From assembly GCA_963706325.1 (NCBI GenBank), contig CAVPLT010000001.1, positions 32,001 through 96,000 on the forward strand: a stretch of DNA of 64,000 bases, given 5' to 3'. The translations under genes were made by a program, and so were the position numbers. The notes beneath the pieces are model-generated. The model had not been told where the DNA came from, ran no database searches, and worked only from the letters and a program-made list of their open reading frames with translations. This DNA is from an uncultured Nitrospiraceae bacterium (GTDB lineage Bacteria > Nitrospirota > Nitrospiria > Nitrospirales > Nitrospiraceae). Shown here piece after piece: positions 18,976 through 29,277 of this stretch (position 1 is the first letter of the stretch; each line of letters begins with the position of its first letter).

Positions 18976-19646
18976 TCACCGGTCTCCAGCTTGTATCCCA
19001 CTCCGCGCACCGTGGCGATCAAGGGGGAAGAGAAGTCCCGGTCGATCTTGACCCGCAACGAACGAATGTAGACATCCACGACATTGGTCATGGGGTCATA
19101 ATTGAGACCCCACACCCGTTCCAGAATCGCTGTCCTGGTCAGGACGATGTCGCGGTTCCTCAGCAGATATTCCAACAGCGCGAACTCCTTGCTGGTCAGG
19201 ACGATTTCCTTCCCGGCCCGCCACACGCGGCGCGACGCGGGATCCATCTCCAGATCCTTCGCCTTTAGGCGACTGCCGACATGTGGCCCGCCTCGCCGGA
19301 GCAGAGCCCGGACCCGCGCCACCAATTCCGTAAACGCAAAGGGTTTCGTCAGGTAGTCGTCCGCCCCGGAATCAAGCCCGGCAACCTTGTCGTCAACCGA
19401 ATCGCGGGCGGTCAGGAGCAAGATCGGCGTCCGGATTCCCTTCGCTCGGAGACGCTTGGACAGCGTCAACCCATCCAGCTTGGGGAGCATGACGTCCACG
19501 ATCAGCAGATCATAACTTTCCTCGGTGGCCAGGATGAGTCCCGTCTCACCGTCGCTTGCCGTTTCAACCGTATGCTGTTCTTCCTGCAGTCCCTTGCTGA
19601 GAAATTGCGCCAGATCAGCATCGTCTTCGACGATCAGAATACGCAT
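18972..19646 (-). CDS. OmpR-family response regulator (CusR-like)
   Basis: IVEDD, DVMLP, GADDYLTKPF, NVVDVYIRSLR, TVRGVGY. Confidence 0.93.
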   Translation of the reverse strand: MRILIVEDDADLAQFLSKGLQEEQHTVETASDGETGLILATEESYDLLIVDVMLPKLDGLTLSKRLRAKGIRTPILLLTARDSVDDKVAGLDSGADDYLTKPFAFTELVARVRALLRRGGPHVGSRLKAKDLEMDPASRRVWRAGKEIVLTSKEFALLEYLLRNRDIVLTRTAILERVWGLNYDPMTNVVDVYIRSLRVKIDRDFSSPLIATVRGVGYKLETGE

Positions 19647-19751
19647 GGGCTCCTCGCTTCAATATCAGGTGACATGCCGCGCTCGCTTCCGCTCACTGCC
19701 GGGTGATCAGACGGCGCGATCATAACAAGTACGGACCTACTTTCTGGCGGG

Positions 19752-19806
19752 ATGAACGATTCTTCATCCAGGCTTCATCAAACCTTTATTGGAGGGTGAG
19801 AACAGG
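19752..19806 (+). promoter_or_regulatory. Second copy of the ATGAA/TTCAT box array
   Basis: ATGAA 19752, TTCAT 19763, TTCAT 19774, TTTAT 19785; same spacing as 17432-17469. Confidence 0.55.
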
Positions 19807-19930
19807 TTGCCCGAACGCTCCGACCAGTCACTGAAAGAACTCCGCCTGCGGCGCCTGACGAATGCGCCGGACCACGCCGGCTGCGGCGAGACCTTACAGA
19901 TGGCACCGTACTTCGGCCCTGTCTCAGACT

Positions 19931-20470
19931 TTACCTCATCGCCGACGCACTCGACCGCAGGGCTTGCGTCAAGCCCCACAACAGAAATAGGGCGTAGACG
20001 GTGCCGAAGAACCAGGGGAAACTGATCGCTCGATGGGCCCACCACTGCCGATGCTGCCGGAAGGCCCAGGAGGGCTCGAAACTGCGTGGCTCATTGGTCT
20101 CGTCCACGATCGTTTCCCGATGCTCTCGTATGCGGTACAGCGCGCTCACCGGCTTTCGTTCCGGCCACTCCGGCATGCCTTCGATCCCTCGCAGTTGCCA
20201 CTCCCAGAAGCCATTTTGGGCGGACAATCGTCCCAACACAATCGCCATCTGCACGCTCATGAGAATCCCGATCGTGCTCAGCAGCACGATGACGACGGTA
20301 AAAGGAAGGGCCACGGATTCTCGCGAGACGAGCACTCCGATCACGGCGACAAAGATGGAGTTTGCCGTGAGGTAGTCCGACAACATGCTGTGATAATCTC
20401 GGACACCCGACGTCCAGAGCGTCAGGAGGTGACTGTAATCGGACTGCATGGCGCCTCGATCCTGAGCCAT
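19931..20470 (-). CDS. Hypothetical membrane protein (about 3 TM)
   Basis: ATG 20470 with AAGGAG RBS; hydrophobic segments. Confidence 0.65.
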   Translation of the reverse strand: MAQDRGAMQSDYSHLLTLWTSGVRDYHSMLSDYLTANSIFVAVIGVLVSRESVALPFTVVIVLLSTIGILMSVQMAIVLGRLSAQNGFWEWQLRGIEGMPEWPERKPVSALYRIREHRETIVDETNEPRSFEPSWAFRQHRQWWAHRAISFPWFFGTVYALFLLWGLTQALRSSASAMR

Positions 20471-20615
20471 ACCATTACGCTCCTTTGCCGGACCGTGCGG
20501 CCAGGCGATACGCATTGTGGAGGTCGGGCCCCGTGCGCCGCCGGCTGATGAGGGCCCTGTTGATCGCAAAGACCGTCGCCTGACAGGCGCCCATGTGCGA
20601 CCTGCGTCTCCGACC

Positions 20616-21773
20616 CTATACCTGTCCCTGTTCTCGTAAGGCGACGACCAACTCCCGTTTTCCTATCAGCAGCGCACCCAGACCAAAGAGAATTGTCAGT
20701 ACGGTGACAAGTCCGCCGAGGATCGGGATAACGGAGAGGATCGAATAGAGGACCAGCCCTGCCACGAACGGGCCCGTTAAAGACGGCGAGTCCGGTGGTC
20801 TGCGTAATAGCAACTGACCCAGACAGGTGATGGCATAGATTCGCGCCAGGTACACCATCGCCAGATACAGCGCGAGCAGGATGACACCGATGGGCAGCGC
20901 GAACAGCGTCACGAGGAAACTGACGGCGACGACAGGAGTGGCGACTAACGCCACTGTGCCCCAACCCAGCGAAGGTCCTGGACGTTCCCGCATCGTCGAC
21001 GTCACGCGGAGGGTAAACAGAGGGTACACACGCAGCAGCACCAATCCGAGAAGTAACGTGGAGAGGAAACTGATGACCGCGGCCATGACTTGCATTCCGA
21101 CGATGCCGCGGCGGGCGTTTTCAAGCGACCACCCCTCCGGCAGCGGACGACGTAGAATCGCCCCATGGACAGTCGCCTCCTCATCGATCACGGGAGCCGC
21201 CTCACTCCAGTAGCGTAGCTTGCCCCAGACGACGGCTTTGGACATGAGATGCACTGAGCCGGACGCCACCGCGAGATCGCGTTCGACCTCGCCGGATAAC
21301 GTTGCATTGCGCGCGCCGACTCTCGCGTCTCGGCCGATTTTCCCTGCGAGTTCCACATTGCCGCCGCCGGCTAGGAGGTTCTCCTGGACCTTCGCGGTCT
21401 TCGTCAGATGGATGTCCCCGCCTCCGATCGTGACGTTCCTGCCGATGGTTCCAGTGACGGTGACCTGCCCTCCCGCGATTCTGGCATCTTGGGCCACCGT
21501 GCCGGACATCGTCACTTTGGCCCCCGCTACGATGACATCGCCGTTCACGATGCCGTCTATCAGGACATCCCCGCCGGCGGCATAGAGATCGCCATTGACG
21601 ATGCCGGATATTTCTACATGCGGACCAAAGGCGAAGTAGTCGCCCTGAACAACTTGACCGGCTTGCAAGACAGCACGATCACTGAAGGGCGACCGAGGAG
21701 ACGCCTCATCGGCAAAGGCCAAGGGTGAGAACATCAACCATCCCAACGACACACAGAAGATGAATGGAATCAC
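20616..21773 (-). CDS. Bactofilin/polymer-forming beta-helix repeat protein with C-terminal multi-TM domain
   Basis: Signal peptide; repeated V.I.G.V.GD...AGG units; about 5 C-terminal TM helices. Confidence 0.8.
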   Translation of the reverse strand: MIPFIFCVSLGWLMFSPLAFADEASPRSPFSDRAVLQAGQVVQGDYFAFGPHVEISGIVNGDLYAAGGDVLIDGIVNGDVIVAGAKVTMSGTVAQDARIAGGQVTVTGTIGRNVTIGGGDIHLTKTAKVQENLLAGGGNVELAGKIGRDARVGARNATLSGEVERDLAVASGSVHLMSKAVVWGKLRYWSEAAPVIDEEATVHGAILRRPLPEGWSLENARRGIVGMQVMAAVISFLSTLLLGLVLLRVYPLFTLRVTSTMRERPGPSLGWGTVALVATPVVAVSFLVTLFALPIGVILLALYLAMVYLARIYAITCLGQLLLRRPPDSPSLTGPFVAGLVLYSILSVIPILGGLVTVLTILFGLGALLIGKRELVVALREQGQV

Positions 21774-22220
21774 GATCTCTGCCTCCCTTCTCTGCCGGTC
21801 TTTGGCTCAGTCCGGTTGGCGCCGTCATTTCCTCACTACTGCTGCCGCACGAGAACGACGATCGTTGGGAGCGCACCTGACAGGCCGCTGATCGACGCTG
21901 ACTGTTCCGAGGCGTCGGACAGCACGCAGGGCGGTCGATGCTGATTGTAGGACATATCCACGTCTGTTCCCACACCATAGTCAGGCACGTCTTTTCACGA
22001 GAATCGGTGGTACTTCGGTGACCCCGGCGATTCAACCGCATGCCTATTGTGATGCTCTGTCATGTAGATAATGCGGATCACCTTCGCAGCATCAGAGGGA
22101 GAACTCGTGTCCAACTGATATTGCCGCGGCAGGCACCGTGAGGAGGGCATTCCGCATCGCAAGTGTGACCTATGGATAGAACTCGGCCTGCCGAATCCTC
22201 GACGGCTTGATGGGTCCTGC

Positions 22221-23948
22221 TCACAGGTGACTGCGCACAGACAATAGGAGCAGATGCTTACGGCCCGGCTGTCGAAACTCTCGAATCCGCTCCGTCACGA
22301 GATCCGATCGCCCCTCGAGAACTACCGCATGCTGCTCTTCCGTAATCATTCTGATAGTCCCCTGCGTACGCGCCGCCTGGATAACCGCATCCTCAGTCGG
22401 TAAATCCGGTATCACCGTATCCCGCTTGAGGTAATACACGGCATCCTCGTTCTTCGGCCAACCAGGGATATACATGAACAGGGCCGGTGGTGCATCCAAA
22501 GCCAGAGCCTTGATTTCCTCCGTGGCCTTCCGCGGTGACGCGGCTTGGTCAATCGAAGGGAACACATAGCTGACGATCAACACGACATAGCCGACGGCAA
22601 GCGCGCCGACGATACCGAGCGAGAGACGCAGACGAGAACGAATCGCGGCGTGCAAGAGCAGCACCGACAGGCACACGATCGTCAGAATGAACTCGGGAGA
22701 CACCACCGTAGACGACACCAGCCACCGGCGTCGGAGCGGCGCCGCGCCCAGGAACATCCCGGCAGCGAAGACGACGGCCAAGATGACGAGCAAGACTCTC
22801 AATAGTCGAGGCATCGGTTCGGCCCCGTCGGCTCGGGAAAAGGCTCGGTCATAGAAATATCCGATCACTAAACCTAACCCGGGCACAATCGTCGTAAGGT
22901 AAGGTTCGCGTTTGAGCGTGGCCAGACTGAATGCCGTGAAGAGGCTCAGAACCCAGACGAGTAGCAACAACTCTGTCGGATGGGATCGAAAAGGTCGCTG
23001 CCTCCACAACAGCAGGAGAGCAGACGGCACGAGCGCGCACCAAGGGAAAAAATCAGCCCACATCATGCCCAGATACCAATACAGGGGATGCCCGTCGGTG
23101 GCGGGTCCGGAACCGCCTACGAATCCGGTATTCCAGACAGACTGAATCGCTTTACCGAGGTTGAAATGGTGCTGATACGCAGGACCTAACATCTGCGCGT
23201 ATCCCGCCATCATGGCAACAGCTACAGCCAGGCCGGCCCAGAAGTATCGATCCTTCAGCATCCGCGCATCGCGCTGAATGGCGGCATAGACCGCCATGAC
23301 GAGCAGAGGCAAGAAAAACCCATGCATTTCTTTCAGCATGGCGCCTAGAGCCATGCTGACGAAGGCGAGCACATACCATCGTGAGCTTCGGCCCAGTAGT
23401 TGAACCTGAATCCATGCAAACAGAGCGAGCGTCACGAAAAAGGTCAGGGTTGAATCGAACAGGACACGACGCCCGTACCAGATAAACACGTGGGTGGTCG
23501 CCACGACGAGCGCAGCCCAGAATCCCGCCGTCGACGACACCAACCTTGCCCCAAGCATGTAGGTGATGATGATGGTGCCCACCGCGGCCAGCGAACCGGG
23601 CAAACGCAAAGCAATTTCGTGGTCACCCCAGATTGACGTCGAAGCATGGAGCAGCCAAAAGAACAGCGGGGGCTTATTGACGTACGGCACACCCTGGTAG
23701 GTCAGGTCGAAAAATTCGCGCCTCCGCCCCATTTCTCCGGCAATGCCGGCATATAGCCCTTCGCTGCCTTCCAAAAGAGAGAGATGCAGATTCGCAAAAT
23801 AGCCCCACGCTCCCACCATCGCCAGCAGCGCCATTTCGCCATACCGACGCGCAACGGGATTGTCGCGCAAGTACTGACGGAACGACCTCCATTCATAGGG
23901 CATTGATGTGATATCCGTTTGTGGCGAGCCCACGTCCATATCTGGCAT
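22221..23948 (-). CDS. ArnT/PMT-family (GT-C) glycosyltransferase
   Basis: EGLYAGIAGEM, NKPPLFFW, ALRLPG, RRVLFD, HPLYWY, KREPYL; polytopic; exact start uncertain. Confidence 0.85.
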   Translation of the reverse strand: MPDMDVGSPQTDITSMPYEWRSFRQYLRDNPVARRYGEMALLAMVGAWGYFANLHLSLLEGSEGLYAGIAGEMGRRREFFDLTYQGVPYVNKPPLFFWLLHASTSIWGDHEIALRLPGSLAAVGTIIITYMLGARLVSSTAGFWAALVVATTHVFIWYGRRVLFDSTLTFFVTLALFAWIQVQLLGRSSRWYVLAFVSMALGAMLKEMHGFFLPLLVMAVYAAIQRDARMLKDRYFWAGLAVAVAMMAGYAQMLGPAYQHHFNLGKAIQSVWNTGFVGGSGPATDGHPLYWYLGMMWADFFPWCALVPSALLLLWRQRPFRSHPTELLLLVWVLSLFTAFSLATLKREPYLTTIVPGLGLVIGYFYDRAFSRADGAEPMPRLLRVLLVILAVVFAAGMFLGAAPLRRRWLVSSTVVSPEFILTIVCLSVLLLHAAIRSRLRLSLGIVGALAVGYVVLIVSYVFPSIDQAASPRKATEEIKALALDAPPALFMYIPGWPKNEDAVYYLKRDTVIPDLPTEDAVIQAARTQGTIRMITEEQHAVVLEGRSDLVTERIREFRQPGRKHLLLLSVRSHL

Positions 23949-24347
23949 GCCCGCATCGATCGACGATGATTACTGCGCCACAGGTCAGCCCCGATTTCAT
24001 GAGCAGCATGTTTCGATCATTGCCTTTTCGCAGGACGGGCGACGCGAGCAAATCAATACAGAATGTCCAGGCCAAATTCAATCACTTACTCTCTTGATTG
24101 TTTTGCGCCACCGGCCATCCCCTACCCGCATGTTCCAATTCCATATTTTCGCGCATCACGCTCATGCCGGTCGCCCGGCCCGCACCCGTCTTGCGCCGCA
24201 CTGCGGCGGGATCGCGCGCAGACTATTGATGACCCCCGACAGGCCTCCGCCTCAGACAGGTGTGAGACGCGAGGCAAGAATTCCACGGCCGGCAGGTATC
24301 CGCCTGAAAACCTCCGACCACCCTATGCCATGCTTCCCGCCTTCGGG

Positions 24348-25379
24348 TCAGAACCGGTACTCCGCCCCGATGGAGACGATCGAGTCGCTGAAGTCTCGGA
24401 GGACAGTCGTCGACGTGCGCTTTCCGTACTGGTATGCCAAGGTTATGATTGCCACAGGCGACAGACGATACCGAACCTCCGCTATTCCTTGGTGCGTGGA
24501 GTCGAAACGATTCAGATGCGTGTCCCCGGCGATACCGCTTGTAAACGTTTTCCGGCGATGAATATAGGTGAGCTCCAGATCGAATCGCGAATGCAGATGC
24601 AGCTCCGTGCCGACCGACAGCATATGCAGGTAGTACGACACATCGTCCATGAACTGCGTCTCCTGCCGACCGTCTGCCAAACCACGCTCGTAGAGGTAGG
24701 AGAGCGTCACCATCATCCAGTCCGTCGCGCGATAGTCGACGCGAGGACCGACCGTCCAGAACGTCGTATCCCGCTCGGCAAACGACTCATTGTAGAGACG
24801 GAGACCATATCGACCGATCAAGGCCGCAGTGATGGCCTCACTCACACGCCGTTCAACTTCAGCTCTCCAGGTGTGGGAGCTGACCCGCTCCTCTTGAATC
24901 GACCGGGTCCCGGTACGACGCTCGAAATTGGGTCCCAAGAACAGGTTGGGGACATAGCGATATCGTAAGAGCAGCGAGGTGTCCGCCGTAAGCGCTAATC
25001 GATCCTGGATACGATAATCGCCATGGTTAAAGATGGGGTTGTTCGTATAAATTGCGCCCTGCGCCTTGACCGATAGCTCATTGCTTCCCAGCGAGGTGTT
25101 CGTTGCCTGGATGAGTTCGACCGCCGGTTCCCAAATCACATCCTGCGGTTTATCGATCGACACCACCGTCGGCTGCGACGGATCCTCACTGAATCGAAGT
25201 CGGCGAGCGGAAGAAAACTGAAAAGCGTCGGTGGTGTAACTGGTCTTCTGTTCGGCAATCGCCGCCCATTCCGCTTGCGCCGGCGTGCCCGGTCCGTACA
25301 AAGCAGTAGCCGCAGCAACCCACAGGGACGCGCGAAGCGCCAGCACCAGCAAAGGCGCTCGCGCGAGCTCATCGCGCAT
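24348..25379 (-). CDS. Outer-membrane beta-barrel protein
   Basis: Signal peptide ending AQA; amphipathic beta-strands; C-terminal GAEYRF. Confidence 0.75.
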   Translation of the reverse strand: MRDELARAPLLVLALRASLWVAAATALYGPGTPAQAEWAAIAEQKTSYTTDAFQFSSARRLRFSEDPSQPTVVSIDKPQDVIWEPAVELIQATNTSLGSNELSVKAQGAIYTNNPIFNHGDYRIQDRLALTADTSLLLRYRYVPNLFLGPNFERRTGTRSIQEERVSSHTWRAEVERRVSEAITAALIGRYGLRLYNESFAERDTTFWTVGPRVDYRATDWMMVTLSYLYERGLADGRQETQFMDDVSYYLHMLSVGTELHLHSRFDLELTYIHRRKTFTSGIAGDTHLNRFDSTHQGIAEVRYRLSPVAIITLAYQYGKRTSTTVLRDFSDSIVSIGAEYRF

Positions 25380-25514
25380 GGTGGGACGAAGAACTGCACG
25401 GACCGCAACGCATGCCCCACTCCGTGCCAGCGCTTGGAAATAGAGCTCTCGTCATGATCCGCTCCGCATCATCGCGCTTACAGATGCATCACCAAGCCAG
25501 GCGGTGAAAACCGC

Positions 25515-26312
25515 TCAGCCTTGCACCCCAAGCAACTTGGCCATATTGATCACAATGAGGGTTACCGCAATCGTAATCGTGATTGACGCGGTCATTCGAT
25601 TCGCAACCGTCGGCGACCACCAGGCCCCGATCCTCACACCCAGCACCATGCCGGACACACTGCCCAGAAGCACGAATCCCATGAGCGCCCAGTCGACGCG
25701 TCCAAACTGAAGATGCCCCACGATTCCGCCGATGGAGATCAGCCCGATAATACTCAACGAGGTCCCAATAGCCGTCCGCGTCGGAAAGCCCAATATCAGG
25801 ATCAGCGCCGGGACTACCAGGAATCCCCCACCCACCCCGAACAACCCGTTCATGGCGCCCACCACCAACCCCATTCCGCCCACCTTCAGCCAGCACGTCC
25901 GCGGAAACCGGCTCGCGCAACTCTCTTCCCGCTCGGCATCCAGCAGCAGTGTACGCTGCCGGGTGATCAGGGTCCTGGCGACTAAGAGCAAGATTCCAAA
26001 GAGCACCAGCAACACTTCGTCCCGGAATAGCCGATGCCCGAAGGCTCCCCCCCAGGACCCGATCATGCCGGTCCAACTGAACGCCGAGGCGGCTTTGATC
26101 TTCACGAGCCCCTGTCGGCCATACTCCCATGCGCCCAATAGCGCGGATGCGGCCACGATCATCAGCGACATCGCCGCCGCCTCCTGCAAGGGGATGCCGG
26201 CGATATACACCATGAGCGGCACCCCCAGAATCGCGCCACCCGTTCCTGTCGCCCCGAGCTGCAACCCGATCGGCACCCCTGACAGAACGGAACGCAACGC
26301 TTCGTCGATCAT
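25515..26312 (-). CDS. TauE/SafE (TSUP) sulfite exporter family permease
   Basis: Duplicated GTGGAILGVP / GVGGGFLVVP motifs; AIGTSL. Confidence 0.88.
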   Translation of the reverse strand: MIDEALRSVLSGVPIGLQLGATGTGGAILGVPLMVYIAGIPLQEAAAMSLMIVAASALLGAWEYGRQGLVKIKAASAFSWTGMIGSWGGAFGHRLFRDEVLLVLFGILLLVARTLITRQRTLLLDAEREESCASRFPRTCWLKVGGMGLVVGAMNGLFGVGGGFLVVPALILILGFPTRTAIGTSLSIIGLISIGGIVGHLQFGRVDWALMGFVLLGSVSGMVLGVRIGAWWSPTVANRMTASITITIAVTLIVINMAKLLGVQG

Positions 26313-26821
26313 GGGGGACTCATTATGCTGATTCTCAACCGACCATCATCCATGGATTGGAAAGCGCGAAATAAGAGAAGGCTACATTCGGAATCACCGC
26401 CGCCCTGTGCTTCTTCGTCGGCGATTCCTGACCTCATGGGGCGGCTGGCAGGCTCGGATCGACGCGCCCACCATAACCACTCCTGCCATGGCTCACCTTC
26501 CGGGAGCGTGATGGTGTCCCTCAACCCTTTTTATACTTGATGCCTCCCCACATCACTGACTTCCCCCACTGGCATGCTCAAACGCAAACTTGATTCTCAC
26601 TTGTTAAGAGCAAGAAAAGACCAATTGGATTCATGCTAGGGGTGAACCGGCCCGTTTTGCGTAACACGATGAGGCCCGCTCGGCCTTCCCGATTACGACG
26701 CTTTGTGCGCGAATTCGCCTAGGCCTATCGACCATTTCCCTTCTCACTAGGGAAATTGTCAGGTTGACATTACTCCCCTTCGGTCAGTAGTGGTAGAGTG
26801 ACTATATTGCCTGGAGGTATC

Positions 26822-27526
26822 ATGTCGATCACCGGTGTTTGGTCAGGTAAAGGCTTGGTTGTCAGCCTCATCATTGGATTTATTGCCGTGGAGTCGATTG
26901 TCGCCGCTGGCTTTCTAAGCCTGCTGCACTTCAAAACCTCTGCCAATTGGGTCTCGCAAAGCCAACATGTTTTGCTCGAATTGGAGCGCATGATCAGCAC
27001 CGTCACGGGCGCCGAAACCAATCAGCGCGCCTACCTCATTACTGGATCTGATGACTATCTTCCCCCCTATCGCGACGCGATGGACAGCATTGACGATCAC
27101 CTTCAGCGTATTGGGAGCCTTACTAGGCGTGATGCCGTCCAACAGAACCGTGTGGCCTATCTTGTGAACCAGATCGAACAGCGATCGGAGCAGATGGACG
27201 ATGCCATCATCACCCGCCGCATCAAAGGTCTGCCCTATGCCAAATCAGTCGTGGCTAGCAATCGGCAGAGTGGAACGATGGACGCGATTCAGGATGTTGT
27301 GGGACAGATGCGCGCTGAAGAAACACGCCTATTGGAGCGCCACCGGGCGGACTCGGAAGCCTGGGCGATTACCACAGGTTCCTTTACCGCAGTCTTTTTC
27401 TTACTGACCGCCATCGTCTTTGCCTTGTGCGGTCTGCTTATGAAAATGGCCTTATCAAGTCAAGCACAAGCTGAACGCCTCCTCCAAACTCTCTCGCGCT
27501 CCTCTACGGCTCCCGCAGCCAGATAA
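26822..27526 (+). CDS. Stand-alone CHASE3 sensor protein (TM-CHASE3-TM, no output domain)
   Basis: AETNQRAYLITG..YL.PY, MDAIQ...MRAEE.RLL; GGAGG RBS; short cytoplasmic tail. Confidence 0.82.
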   Translation: MSITGVWSGKGLVVSLIIGFIAVESIVAAGFLSLLHFKTSANWVSQSQHVLLELERMISTVTGAETNQRAYLITGSDDYLPPYRDAMDSIDDHLQRIGSLTRRDAVQQNRVAYLVNQIEQRSEQMDDAIITRRIKGLPYAKSVVASNRQSGTMDAIQDVVGQMRAEETRLLERHRADSEAWAITTGSFTAVFFLLTAIVFALCGLLMKMALSSQAQAERLLQTLSRSSTAPAAR

Positions 27527-27683
27527 ATGCGGGAGTACGATACTCGGTTCACCTCCCGGGAACGTTGTTCGACCGGCAGGCACCCTGCCATCTCCATTTT
27601 CCATCATGAATTCCTGACCCCCTGCCTTCTCCCAACGTGCTGACTTGCCGAACTCCAGGCTTGCGGCCCCCGTGCACCCTCCG

Positions 27684-28157
27684 CTAGGTGCGTGCGAGGA
27701 CCACGGCGAGCAATAACACGAAGAGCGCAATCAGCAGTGACAGCCGCGGCACGAGCGACGAATATTTGGTCAGGGTCTTCTGGCGGGCCGTCCTCTCGCC
27801 GTCGGCCATGGCGAGAATCCGCCGGGTATAAGGTCCGATTACGAGGTCGTGAATCAGGGTCATGCTGAACAAGAGCGCGACCAGACTCATTTTGGCGGCA
27901 AAAACGGCTGGCCACTGTCTTGGCTCCAACAGGGGGATCAACCGATACGAGGCCAGGAGGAGACCAGTCCCGACGAGCAACCCCATCGCGCTCCACACCA
28001 GACTCCTGTACCGATAGGCGACGGTGCGAAAGAGCAGGGCGTAGTTCGCAAACAGTCCGTCCCGCCTTAATACCGGCACCAGCACAACCGACAGAAACAC
28101 CATCCCCCCGATCCAGACGACTGCCGCTAAGAGGTGAATCCAGATCAGCGCGAACAT
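27684..28157 (-). CDS. CopD/DUF4149-like 4-TM protein
   Basis: IHLLAAVVWIGGMVF, AKMSLV...HDLVIGP. Confidence 0.72.
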   Translation of the reverse strand: MFALIWIHLLAAVVWIGGMVFLSVVLVPVLRRDGLFANYALLFRTVAYRYRSLVWSAMGLLVGTGLLLASYRLIPLLEPRQWPAVFAAKMSLVALLFSMTLIHDLVIGPYTRRILAMADGERTARQKTLTKYSSLVPRLSLLIALFVLLLAVVLART

Positions 28158-28273
28158 CAGCGCATCCTTTCTCCTGTATCAAATCGAGAGAAGATGACGA
28201 CCTGTGGGAAGAGACGCAAGGACAGATTTTCCGATCGCTCTCTTCGAACGGCCCATACTTGTGCGTCGGACTA

Positions 28274-29245
28274 CTATTTTCCGCTCGCCCCCACATAGGA
28301 CACGGGGCTGGCGGTTCCCTCCTTCGCGTCTTGCGCACAACGAAATCCCATCCAATTGATCTTGGTCTCTGGATCGGTGCCGTTGCGCATCGCCGCCCGC
28401 ATGGTGGTGGTGCTATCCATCCATCCGCCGCCTCGGAACGCCTTCTGCGTGCCGGTCTCCGGCCCTTGCGGGTTCCGATCCGGAGACTTCTTGTAATAAC
28501 CCTGGTCGTACCAATCGGAGACCCACTCGGCCACGTTCCCGATGGTTTGATAGAGGCCATATGGACTCACGGCATTCTCGTACTTGTCGACGGAAATGAT
28601 CGGCGGATAGAGCAACAGACGCTCGGGACGATCCCGCACCGGCCCGGACAATCCGGTTCTGCCGAAATTCGCTCTGGTCGGACCGGCATATTCGCTGCCC
28701 CACGGAAACAGCCGCCCATCAACTCCACGCGCCGCCTTCTCCCACTCGGCTTCGGTCGGCAGGCGTTTGCCCGCCCACTTGCAATAGGCATCGGCATCGT
28801 ACCAACTGACGTGCATGATGGGATGATGCGCCATCGTCTCCTGGAAATTGCCGCCGTCGTACCGCCAATCCAGTTGAGGCAACCGATCGGTGGCCAGCAC
28901 AAACTTGAGATATTCCAGCGTTGTGACTTCATACTTACCGATCAGATAGGGGTCCAGATACACCGACCGCTGCGGGATTTCGCTCCGATAGGCCAGTCGA
29001 TCCTTTTTCTTATCGCTCCCCATCACAAACGCGCCCGCCGGAATCAACACCATCTCGTCCTTGGTCTTCCACTTGGCCACGCGCTCTTGCGCGAGCTGTT
29101 TTCCGGCGTCCGTCCATTCGACGACAATGTCCTGCGTATCCAGAGCCCGCGCGATCGGAATCAGCGCGAATAGCGCCGCTCCAATCAGGAGCGCTTGTGC
29201 GACCCGCTTCCGTTTCCCTGGAATGTCCGTTCGTTGCTTTTCCAT
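28274..29245 (-). CDS. FGE-sulfatase (SUMF1/PvdO-fold) domain protein, exported
   Basis: [58 protein letters not shown]. Confidence 0.9.
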   Translation of the reverse strand: MEKQRTDIPGKRKRVAQALLIGAALFALIPIARALDTQDIVVEWTDAGKQLAQERVAKWKTKDEMVLIPAGAFVMGSDKKKDRLAYRSEIPQRSVYLDPYLIGKYEVTTLEYLKFVLATDRLPQLDWRYDGGNFQETMAHHPIMHVSWYDADAYCKWAGKRLPTEAEWEKAARGVDGRLFPWGSEYAGPTRANFGRTGLSGPVRDRPERLLLYPPIISVDKYENAVSPYGLYQTIGNVAEWVSDWYDQGYYKKSPDRNPQGPETGTQKAFRGGGWMDSTTTMRAAMRNGTDPETKINWMGFRCAQDAKEGTASPVSYVGASGK

Positions 29246-29277
29246 CTTTGGCCTCCTCGTTGTCCTGCCGTCAACAC

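Noticed and set aside
19790..19900. GGCGAGACC resembling the 3' end of a yybP-ykoY riboswitch
   Set aside because: No GGGGAGUAG or CGUCAAUAC-like elements and no downstream plus-strand gene
26610..26625. Possible sigma54 promoter TTGG...TTGC on the minus strand
   Set aside because: GG-GC spacing is 9 nt rather than the required 10
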